Part shown: in pieces, positions 55,396 through 64,000 of the stretch
How positions within the stretch are numbered: position 1 is the first letter of the stretch
How the letters are laid out: each line of letters begins with the position of its first letter
Source of the DNA: an uncultured delta proteobacterium
GTDB taxonomy: Bacteria > Desulfobacterota > Syntrophorhabdia > Syntrophorhabdales > WCHB1-27
DNA length: 64,000 bases
Direction: 5' to 3'
NCBI GenBank assembly: GCA_963818095.1
Contig: CAWFRA010000024.1
Coordinates: 121,432 to 185,431 of the forward strand
The notes under the pieces: generated by a model
Told to the model about the DNA's origin: nothing
The model's database searches: none
The model's input: the letters and a program-made list of their open reading frames with translations, nothing else
Translations under genes and position numbers: made by a program

Positions 55396-56926
55396 TTACT
55401 CTATCGTCACCCGGACGATCTCGGCGATTGTCGTGTCTCCTACAAGGGCCCTGGCGATGCCGTCCTGGCGCAGCGTAGTCATCCCGTTGCGGACCGCCTC
55501 CGTCTTTATCTCCTCGGATGACGCCTTTTCCTGGACCATCTGCCTGTATCTTGCTGTTCAGGGTGAGCAGCTCGAAGACGCCGATCCTGCCGAGATAGCC
55601 GGTGTTCAGGCATTCCGGGCAGCCGGTCCCTTTATAGACGACGCCGCCGGTCCCCCCATGCTCCTCCAGCATCTTGCTCTCGAATTCCGTAGGCTCGTAG
55701 ACCTCCTTGCAATGAGGGCATATCCTCCGGACGAGGCGCTGGGCGAGGATGGCGGTGATGGAAGAAGTGAGCAGGTAAGACTCGATGCCCATGTCAACGA
55801 GTCTCGTAAGGGCGCTCGGCGAGTCGTTCGTGTGGAGCGTCGAAAAGACAAGGTGGCCGGTCAGGGCCGCCTGTATGGCGATCCTCGCCGTCTCTTCGTC
55901 CCTTACCTCGCCTACCATGATAACGTCCGGGTCCTGCCGCAAAAAAGACCGGAGGGCCCTTGCAAAATCGAGCTGTATCTTCGGGTTGACCTGTATCTGG
56001 CCGATGCCCTGGAGTATATACTCCACCGGGTCTTCCACGGTCAATATATTCTTCTCCGGCGTGTTGATGTGCTGGAGCACGGCGTAAAGCGTTGTCGTCT
56101 TGCCGCTGCCTGTCGGGCCCGTGACGAGAAAGACGCCCTGCGGCCTCGTGATCGAGGGAAACGACCTTCTTCTCCAGCTCGCCCGTCATGCCCATCGAGT
56201 CGAGTCCGATGAGCGCCGCGCCCTTGTCGAGGAGGCGCATGACCACCTGCTCCCCGTAGGCGGACGGTATGATCGAGACGCGGACGTCGATGTCCTTGTC
56301 GTTGACCCGCACCTTGATCCTTCCGTCCTGCGGGAGCCTTTTTTCGGCCACGTCGAGGCCCGCCATGACCTTGATCCTCGACACGATGGCGTTCTGCGCC
56401 CGCTTCGGGGGCTTGTACGTGTCGTAAAGGAGGCCGTCTATCCTGTAGCGGACGCGCAGGTCTTTCTCGAGGGGCTGGATGTGTATATCGCTCGCCCTGT
56501 CCTTCGCCGCGATGGAGAAGAGCAGGTTAACCAGCTTGATGATGGGCGGCTCGTTCGCCGCGTCGTCGAGCAGGTCGTGGCCGCTCGGTATCTCCTGGGC
56601 GATTTCCGTCAACGCGGTCTCGCCGAGGTCTTCGACGACGCCGATCACGACCTCTCTGCCCTGCTCCTCCCTGAAGACGTTCAGGAATTCGAGGAACTGT
56701 TCCTTCGGCACGCGCTTCTTCTCGATGGCCATGTTCGAGAAGATGCCCGAGCACGTCGGAGCGCGACGCCCTGCTCGTCATCGCAGACTGCGACAACGAG
56801 GGTCGGCGGGTCGTCCTTGACGCCCAGCGGGACGACGCCGTTCTTCTGGAAGAACGAGTGGTGTATCCTGGCTATGCGGTTCGGGACCGGCGCCAGCTCT
56901 TGATCGCGTGATGCCAAAGATTCCAT
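55396..56926 (-). CDS. gspE: Type II secretion ATPase GspE (three apparent frameshifts, near 56745, 56155 and 55545)
   Basis: Pieces 56681..56926, 55794..56732 and 55310..56080, plus a tail I translated myself ([48 protein letters not shown]). Walker A is recovered as [15 protein letters not shown] after frame correction. CPHC...CPEC tetracysteine motif. Confidence 0.85.
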
Positions 56927-59002
56927 TACTTCTGTCCTTGTTGCATTTTGTCGGGCGGCACGAGCAGCTTCTGCTGCAGCGCCTTCTTCTCCTCGCTTAT
57001 CTTCGTGAGCGTATTCGAGTCGTAGATGATCCTCGGCGTGAGGAAAACGAGGAGATTCGCTTTCTGGTCGCTCTTTGCGCTGTACTGGAAGAGCTTTCCA
57101 AAAATAGGGATGGAGCTGAGCAGCGGCACGCCCTGCTCCGTGTCGGATGATGTATCCTGGATGATGCCGCTTATGACGATGGTCTGGGCGTCCCTGACGC
57201 CGACCGTCGTCTTCGTGGACCGCTTCGTCGTCGTCGGCGCCGGCTGCTGCCCCGAGCCGACCGTGGCCAGCGTGCTCGTTATCTGCGTGACCTCGGTGAA
57301 GATGTTGAGATAGACGAGGCCGTCCTTATTGATGTAAGGCTTTACTTTCAGCTTCACGCCCACGTCGCGATAGTCGAAGTTCGTGATCGGGTTGCCGGCG
57401 GAGTCGAGGCGCACGCTCGTCGTGTAAGGCACGTTGGAGCCTATGAGCACCTCCGCCTCTTCGTTGTTGAGGGTCAAAAGCTGCGGTGTGGCGAGGACGT
57501 TCGTCTTCACGTCCGCGGCGAGGGCCTGCACGAAGGACTGGACGCTCGGGAACGAGATGCCGCCGAAGTTTATCGTCTGCCCCACTACGCCTATATTGAG
57601 CCCCGACTTGAGCGCGCCCAGCGCGGTAGCCGGCTGGTTCGCGGCGATGCCCGCTGCCAGGGGAACGAGGGCGCCGCCCGTGGCTGCGCTTGTGCTTATG
57701 ATGTTCCCGCCGATGATCTTCGATCCGTTGTTTGCGCCGCCGACGACCCACTCGACGCCCAGGGTCTGCGTCTTCTGGAGGGACAGCTCGATGATCGCGG
57801 CCTCGACGAGCACCTGCGGCTTGTACGTGTCGATCTCCTCCACGATGCGCCTTATCTCCCTGATGTCTTCAGGGGGCGCGCTGATGAGCAGCGAGTTCGA
57901 CGGGGCATAGGCGGTGATGAAGACCTTCTCTCTCGGCGTCGCCGCCTTCTTCCCTTCTGCGAGAAGGGCTTGCAGCGACTTCGGCCAGGTCTGCCGCGTT
58001 CGTGTGCTGCACGTTGTAGACCTCGATCCCGGAAAGCTGGCGGGAGACGGGGATATCGACCTCTTCGATTACGGTCCTGAGCCTCTGGAGGTTCGCCGAC
58101 GTATCGATCAGGATTAGCGCGTTGGCGGAGGCAACGCTCACGAGATAGGCGTCCCTCGACATGAGCGGCCTGAGGACCCCGACCATCGCGTTGGAGTCGA
58201 GGTAATGCAGGGGGTAGACCAGCGTCGTTATCCGCTCCTCCGGGGAGAGGGTCATGAACTTCTTCCGGTCGAGGGTCTCGACTGCCATGCCTTTTGCGTC
58301 CGCGGCCCTAACTACCTTGTCGGCCTCCGGCGTCGCCATGATCGTGAAGCCGAAATAGTTGAGGACGCTTTCGAAAACCCTGAAGACCTCTTCCTTGCTG
58401 AGGGTCCTCGGCGAGAGCACCGTCACCCTGCCTTTAACGATCGCCTCGTCGTAAATAAAGTTCCTGCCCATGATGTTGCTGACGAACCTGATGAGGTCCC
58501 GCAGCTCGATATTGTCGAACTGCATCTGGACGAGGCCCCCGGACGACGGCGGGGTCACGGGACGGGCACGGACGGGCGACCTGGCTTCCGGCGCAGACTG
58601 GGCCGCAGACGGCGGCGCGGCCTTCTCGGGTGCGACAGGCGGCGCGGGCGGAGGCGCAAGAGGCGGCGGCGCCTGGGTCACGGCTCGCTGCGCAGGCGGC
58701 TGGGGCGTACCGGGTTCCTGGGCAGGGGCGGCTGCCTGGGACGATGACGGCGGCGGCGCCTGGAGCGCGGCCGGAGGCGGCGCAGGCGGGGCCTGCATTA
58801 GCTGCTGGGGCGGCGCCTGCGGCGGCTTGATATCAGACGGCTGGGAAGGGCCCGTCGGGGCCACGGCCTGGACGCGCACTACAACGCCCTCGGGCAGCGA
58901 AGCCGGACCGTTCCTGTCGCTCTGGGCCATGGCTGCCTGCGAGACGGCCAGGGCGAGGGCGAGGCAGGGCCATATCAATAGTGCGCTTTTTCTGTGCAGC
59001 AA
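56926..59002 (-). CDS. gspD: Type II secretion secretin GspD (apparent frameshift near 57977; long Pro/Ala-rich N-terminal insert)
   Basis: N-terminal ORF 57869..59002 has a signal peptide, a roughly 130-aa P/A/Q-rich tract, then N0/N1-like domains. C-terminal ORF 56926..57843 is the secretin domain. The two join as ...AEV/LQALLAEGKKAATPREKVFITAYAPSNSLLISAPPEDIREIRRIVEEIDTYKPQV. Confidence 0.85.
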
Positions 59003-59023
59003 CGATCACCCCTCCCGCTTAAC

Positions 59024-59938
59024 CTATCTTATCTCGTAGCGGAGCGTCTCGGACTTCCCGCCCCGTAAAACCTTAACTTCGAAAGCGGTCGCGTTCTTTA
59101 GCGCCTCGTAGACCTGGTTCATATCATTGGCAGAAGAGAGCTTTTTCCCGTTCACTTCCTGTAGCGTATCGTCGGGTGCTATGCCCATCTTCTGCGCTAT
59201 GCTCCCCTGGTCCACCGCGACGACCTTCACCCCATCCGCCACCGGCTTGATCGCTATCGAAGACATGAGCGTATTGCCGTCCGCTTTGAGCCGGTCCGCC
59301 AGGGCCCTGGAGATGCGCGTGACCGACCCGTCTCTCTTTATATCGTCCTTCCCGGCCTCGATCTTTGCGACAACGCGCTTCGCGGCAGGCTGCGCCGCGG
59401 GCGAGGGTATGCCCATCCCTCTGGAACGCTCGGCCGCCGACGCGAAAAGTCTCAGCACTATATCGAAGTCCCCTTTCTGGAGGCGCACGGAGTCCTTCCT
59501 GATTTCTTTGAGGGCAAGGCCGCTCTCGATTACCTCGCCCATCTCATAGGCCCATACACCTTTCGGTCCGCCCCTGTCGATGATCGCGTAATTGTCGCGA
59601 TTGCGTGCGCCAAGCATAACCCCTTTGAGCGCCATTGTCTTTACGATCCCGTTAAGTTTTTCTTCCTCTATCTCGGCGGCCGTCTTTTGCTTAGGGATCT
59701 CTGCCTCCAGCTTTGCCCGGAAGAGGTTCCTCTGAGTGATGGCGGCGTAGTCGGGCCCGCTGGGGGGCGCCTGCGTACCGGCGGTCCTGAGGGCGGCCAC
59801 GGCCGCGGCCATCTGGGGCGGCCCGTCGGGCGCCTTGAGGAACGAGGCGTTAATCATCATGAGGACGATCGCTCCTGCGATCACCCCCACGAGGGTGGAA
59901 ACGCCTAGAATAATCCCCTTCTTTCTATCGTACCGCAT
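59024..59938 (-). CDS. gspC: Type II secretion protein GspC (N-terminal TM, C-terminal PDZ)
   Basis: 304 aa. TM segment GIILGVSTLVGVIAGAIVLMMI. C-terminal PDZ-like region GVKVVAVDQGSIAQKMGIAPDDTLQEVNGKKL. Confidence 0.7.
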   Translation of the reverse strand: MRYDRKKGIILGVSTLVGVIAGAIVLMMINASFLKAPDGPPQMAAAVAALRTAGTQAPPSGPDYAAITQRNLFRAKLEAEIPKQKTAAEIEEEKLNGIVKTMALKGVMLGARNRDNYAIIDRGGPKGVWAYEMGEVIESGLALKEIRKDSVRLQKGDFDIVLRLFASAAERSRGMGIPSPAAQPAAKRVVAKIEAGKDDIKRDGSVTRISRALADRLKADGNTLMSSIAIKPVADGVKVVAVDQGSIAQKMGIAPDDTLQEVNGKKLSSANDMNQVYEALKNATAFEVKVLRGGKSETLRYEIR

Positions 59939-60103
59939 TTTGTTCCGATAGCCCTTGATTTATTACGATCTTGTTTCCGTCTTCCGGTTTTCCGGCCCCG
60001 GCGTCTATGCACCTTCCGGCCAAACCGCATGAAACAACCGTAGTTGTCGGGTAGCCCTGTCTCGCGAATTCTCTTGTAGTTCTTACCATATAGGGTACCA
60101 TTA

Positions 60104-61216
60104 TCACCTTCGCAATGTCAACGCGCATCCCGTCGGGGAGGCGCCCCCGGCCCTGTCGCAGCAGGCACTTGCGCGCCTTGCTGCCGCGCCCCCTGACCTG
60201 AGGCCGCGGCAGGCTGAACAACTGCTCGCGCCGCCCCTGCCGGTGTGCCGGGCAGGACGCTTGGCGATACGGCCCGCTGACCCGCCTGTGGCGCCGCAGC
60301 CGGCGTAGCCGTCGCACCCGGCGCCCGGCGCCGCGGCCTGCTTCATCTCTTCCGGTCCTTTTGGTGCGTCCGGGGAGGCAACGGAAACTATCGGCGCGCT
60401 CTGGCTGCCGGTTATGTTGATGGTGCCTTTGCCTTTGAGGGGGAAGGCTGCGGAGCGGCCCTCGTAAGAGAGCTTCATGTCGATAGTCTGCTCGGGCTCT
60501 CCCGATTCGACGAAGCCCGACCCCGCGAGAGATACGAAATCGCTCTTCAGGGCCAGCTTCGCGATATTGATCCGCGGCCCGTCTATCTTCCCCTCTATGG
60601 CTATCTCCTGGTAGGGGATGATGAGGCGCGGCATGTTAGTGATCTGCAGGTCCTTCACCTGCCCGCTTTTAAGGTTGAGGCGGAAGGAGCCCACCTGCTT
60701 GTCCGGCCGTCCGGGGGGCGTCTCCTTCTTGATGACGCCGTCGAGTGTGCCTGTCATGCCCTTGAACCACGGCAGTACGCCTTCCGGGCACCCGCCCAGG
60801 TTCACATGCTCGAAGGTGAGGGATACATTCGGGTTCGAGGAGGGCCCCATCATGGGAGAGCCCCGCAGGACGCATTTAAGCACGCCGCCGTAAAGCGACG
60901 CCTTCGAATGGATCGTCAGCTTCCCGGTCAAAAGCGACAGGGGGTTCCAGAAGATGTCGATGTTCGACAGCTCGAAGGGGGCAGTCTGCCCTTTTGCCCC
61001 GTCCGGCTTCAGGTAGACCTTTGATGCGCCGATGCCCATCAGCTTCGTCGTTACGCCTTCCATTGAGACCGCGATCCTTCCCGAGCCGAGCACGTTCTGC
61101 AGTGCGAGCCGCAGCGCCTTCTGGTAAGGGAAGAAGAGGTAGACGGTGAGGGCCGCGACGAAGACCGCCCATCCCAGAACACAGGCATAAAAGGTAAGGT
61201 CTTTTCGCTTAACCAT
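60104..61216 (-). CDS. gspN: Type II secretion protein GspN-like (C-terminal roughly 90 codons of uncertain frame)
   Basis: N-terminal TM plus a roughly 280-aa beta-rich domain, in the position after gspM. Beyond about 60330 all three minus frames are open and low-complexity. Confidence 0.6.
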   Translation of the reverse strand: MVKRKDLTFYACVLGWAVFVAALTVYLFFPYQKALRLALQNVLGSGRIAVSMEGVTTKLMGIGASKVYLKPDGAKGQTAPFELSNIDIFWNPLSLLTGKLTIHSKASLYGGVLKCVLRGSPMMGPSSNPNVSLTFEHVNLGGCPEGVLPWFKGMTGTLDGVIKKETPPGRPDKQVGSFRLNLKSGQVKDLQITNMPRLIIPYQEIAIEGKIDGPRINIAKLALKSDFVSLAGSGFVESGEPEQTIDMKLSYEGRSAAFPLKGKGTINITGSQSAPIVSVASPDAPKGPEEMKQAAAPGAGCDGYAGCGATGGSAGRIAKRPARHTGRGGASSCSACRGLRSGGAAARRASACCDRAGGASPTGCALTLRR

Positions 61217-61727
61217 TCGAGCGCCTCTCCATCACTGTGGCCTGCATCTCAAGCGCGCCGGTATTGTTCGCGGGCAGGGAAAGCCGCAGCTTGCCCACGT
61301 AGAAGCCGAACTCTTCGGCGTTCTTGACGAAGGAGATCACTTCTCCGAGGGGCACGTTAATCATCTTTATCTCGACGGCCGTCTGCTGCGCGCCCTTGTC
61401 GCCCTTCTCCGTCACCGGATGGAGGGTTGAGAGGGCGCCGCCGATGAATGTCTTGCCTACCAATTCCTCGACGGACGCCAGCGTCACGGGCCGCTTCTGG
61501 ACGTGACCCTGCACGGCCTTGTCGGCTGCGTGCTTCCTGGCTTCGTATATGTCCTTCAGTTGAAGCACCTCGGCGTAATCCTTCTGTCTCGACTGTATTC
61601 TCCTTTCGAGGGTGCGCGTGTCCTCGCTCGTGAAATAGGCGAAAAGGGCCGAGATGGCGAAGACGCCGATGAAGACTATGACCCAGATATTTTGCGGGAC
61701 AGCCCGCAGTTGTTCGGGGACTTTCAT
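61209..61727 (-). CDS. gspM: Type II secretion protein GspM
   Basis: 172-aa bitopic protein (TM IWVIVFIGVFAISALFAYF) lying between gspL and gspN. Confidence 0.65.
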   Translation of the reverse strand: MKVPEQLRAVPQNIWVIVFIGVFAISALFAYFTSEDTRTLERRIQSRQKDYAEVLQLKDIYEARKHAADKAVQGHVQKRPVTLASVEELVGKTFIGGALSTLHPVTEKGDKGAQQTAVEIKMINVPLGEVISFVKNAEEFGFYVGKLRLSLPANNTGALEMQATVMERRSNG

Positions 61728-63041
61728 AATACACCCCTTATCTTGAATTTCACCTGCCTGCCGGCCGCTAGGTCCAGGTTCTGCATCTCCACGTGCGAGA
61801 CCCCCTTTATCTGCTCGAGGGCCGCCTTTATCTTCTCTATCGAGGCGAAGGAGACGGTCGTGCCCGTCATGGAGAACTCCTTCTCATCGGATGTGAACTC
61901 GTTTAGCTTGACGTCTACGTCGGGCCCTATCTTTGCGCTGATCTCGTTGAGGACGGCCAGCGGGTTAGCGCCGACGGCCACGGATCCGGGCTCCTTGTCG
62001 AGGAGCCGTATCTTCTCGCGGAACATCTTGACGGGCTCTCTCACAGGGGGCGATTTCGGGAAGGAGACCCTGTAAATCCGGCCCTGCTCCGACACGAGGA
62101 ATTGATAGGCGCCCTCCTTGAAGTGATGGTCCAGCGAGAAGAGGACCGCGATAAGGATGCCGGCGCACGCCAGGGCGACGGACCCGTACAGGGCCGTCCT
62201 GGTGAAGAGGAAGAGGGCGGCGTTGCGCCTGTCCCCCGTCAGGTTTATCCTGCCCTTTGGCGTGATGGAGAGCAGGGCGGCGCCGACTGCGGGCCACAGC
62301 CACTCCTCGGCGGATTCATCCATAAGGAGGTGCTTGAGCGAAGGCGTCTCCACGCGTATATGGAACGTCTCCTCCAGGTGCTGCTTCAGGGGCTGCGCGT
62401 CCGCCGCGTCGCTCACCATGAAATACGCGCGCGGGGTGAACGTCTTGTCTTCCGCCATCTCCCTGAACGCCTCGTCGAGTGCGTCCGATTGGGAGGTGTG
62501 GAAGAACTGCCTGAGGTAGCAGAGGTGGTCGGCCTTGAAGGCCATCACGACCATTGTGCTCCCGTTCTGGTGGAGGAAGACGAAATCCCCGTGGTAGACG
62601 ACGTTGAGCCACCGGAGGGCATGCAGGACCGCTATTGCCTGCATCGTTGTGATGCGCACGTGTTTGTCCTGGGCGATGGTATCCGTGAGCGACCTTGGGG
62701 ACTGCGGCGGCCAGCACCGTGCCTTTCGCCGCCTCCACGAAATCGATTGCCAGGTCTTCGACGGAGACGGGCAGTCTTTCCTCCAGCTCTCCACCTATGA
62801 CCATCCTTATCCGCCGCCTGTCCGTAAAGGGGAAGGTGAGGGTAAAGAGGTACCCCGATCCGTTATCGACGGCGATGCCGTATCCCACGTCGGCCAGCTC
62901 TGCCTGGAGCGCGGAAAGGTCGTCTTTCTCCTGGACCTTCAAGTCGGCTATCTTCCCGTCCCGCGCCGAGAGCGTTACTCCGCACCAGCCGCCGTTTCGC
63001 TGAATTATAGCCGCGCCTCTCTTTCTCAAAATTCCCTCCAT
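61724..63041 (-). CDS. gspL: Type II secretion protein GspL (apparent frameshift near 62700)
   Basis: N-terminal cytoplasmic actin-like part in ORF 62316..63041. The rest, including the TM ALYGSVALACAGILIAVLF and a periplasmic domain, is in ORF 61724..62794. Confidence 0.7.
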
Positions 63042-64000
63042 GAAATGGTCGTCACCGTCGAAGAATCTCTTTTCAGAAGGGCCTCAACGTTCTTCGCGAC
63101 TCTGCCTATAGTATACCTGCTGCGGACGTTAAAGTAAGTGGAGTTAACCTTCGCCAGCGGCGTGATGGTCGCAGCCTGGGTCTGGCTTATCTTTACCGCA
63201 GCAGTGAGGTCGTTCATCGTCTTCAGGTCGTGCTCGTCCCTGTAACGGACGAGGTCCTGCACGTCTCCGTCGGGCAGTGGTTGGGCGAGCCCTGCGGTCC
63301 GGGTCTCGAGCACGGTCTGGAGGACCATGAGCGACGACGTATTGGCGTTCACCTTGCCGTCCGTCGGCGCTACTGTCAGGTAGCTCTTCAGGTCCTTGTC
63401 CACCAGCAGCTCTTTGTCGAACCCCTTGACGAGGGAGAGCTCTTCTATGGAGTCGAGAGGTCCGTTCTTGCAGCGATAGCCCTTCTGCCTGTAATAATCG
63501 TCCTCCGCGCCTTCGCTCCCCGTCACTTCACTGTTCGAGTCCATCCAGTCGATCAGGGCATCGACGATCTCCGGCTTGCCGCCGAGCTTGGCGATGAGGG
63601 CCCGGAGGCGCGCGTTCAGGTCCTGGTCGATCTGGTCGTTGACGACCTTGCCGGTTGTAGATTGCGCAGTCGACGACGTCGTAGAGCCCGTCGTCGCCTG
63701 GGAAGCGGTCGTCTGGGCCGAGTTGTCCTTGACGGTCCCCACCAGGTTGTTGATCGGGATCTTCGCGTCCTCGTCGGTGATCGTCACCGCGAGAATGCCG
63801 TTCCCGAGGGAAAGGCCGGGGAAGGGGGAAGCCCATTTGTCCCTCTTCGAATCAAAGCTCGCGTCGTCCTGTTTCAAAATGCCTATGGCCCCTTCGACGC
63901 CGGAGCGCGCCATGCGGATCGCCTGGACGGAGTTCCTGAAATTCTCCGCCTGGATGAGGTTGAGCTGCACCTTGGCGTTGAAGACCAGGATAAGCGGGAA
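63026..64000 (-). CDS. gspK: Type II secretion minor pseudopilin GspK (5' end beyond the right edge)
   Basis: GspK-like sequence (...DEDAKIPINNL..., ...DALIDWMDSNSEVTG.GAEDDYY...). The frame stays open to position 64000 (...FPLILVFNAKVQLNLIQ). Confidence 0.75.
   Translation of the reverse strand, partial: FPLILVFNAKVQLNLIQAENFRNSVQAIRMARSGVEGAIGILKQDDASFDSKRDKWASPFPGLSLGNGILAVTITDEDAKIPINNLVGTVKDNSAQTTASQATTGSTTSSTAQSTTGKVVNDQIDQDLNARLRALIAKLGGKPEIVDALIDWMDSNSEVTGSEGAEDDYYRQKGYRCKNGPLDSIEELSLVKGFDKELLVDKDLKSYLTVAPTDGKVNANTSSLMVLQTVLETRTAGLAQPLPDGDVQDLVRYRDEHDLKTMNDLTAAVKISQTQAATITPLAKVNSTYFNVRSRYTIGRVAKNVEALLKRDSSTVTTISWREF

Overview
High-GC bacterial chromosomal window. Its gene content is typical of an anaerobic, motile, Desulfobacterota/deltaproteobacterium-like organism, but taxonomy cannot be assigned from the sequence alone. 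From left to right:

- **Complex I:** nuoA-B-CD-E-F on the minus strand, with the first codons of nuoG at the left edge.
- **Small housekeeping genes:** an HNH/HIT/nucleoside-phosphorylase trio.
- **Transport and regulation:** a livKHMGF-type amino-acid ABC transporter, a PaaK-like ligase and an IclR regulator.
- **Motility:** a sigma28-driven motAB operon that ends in a REC/HD-GYP gene.
- **Redox:** a YdhV-like aldehyde:ferredoxin oxidoreductase (AOR) operon with a Tat-signal Fe-S subunit.
- **Signalling:** a hybrid PAS histidine kinase, a PflX-like radical SAM protein, a PAS-LuxR regulator and a methyl-accepting chemotaxis protein.
- **More housekeeping:** recJ-pyrD-pyrK-rimI-mobA.
- **Membrane and transport:** a K+-channel-like protein and a TRAP transporter (dctQMP).
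- **Redox pair:** a Tat-DUF362 protein with a membrane polyferredoxin.
- **Toxin-antitoxin debris:** orphan antitoxins and a toxin stub.
- **Uncharacterised operon:** a TunR-like regulator divergent from five genes (small protein, Zn-ribbon, methyltransferase, radical SAM, adenylating ligase).
- **Repeat protein:** a roughly 690-aa Thr/Pro-rich secreted protein.
- **Islet:** a cupin-like gene plus a Phd/RelE pair, bracketed by 44-nt direct repeats.
- **Type II secretion:** gspK-L-M-N-C-D-E-F-G-H-I on the minus strand.

No rRNA, tRNA, CRISPR array, transposase or integrase was recognised. At least 16 conserved genes show single frame breaks, and half of these lie in the gsp cluster. This points to indel errors in the assembly and/or recent gene decay.

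The most interesting candidate for an undescribed system is the regulator plus five-gene radical-SAM/ligase/methyltransferase operon at 43.8-48.9 kb.
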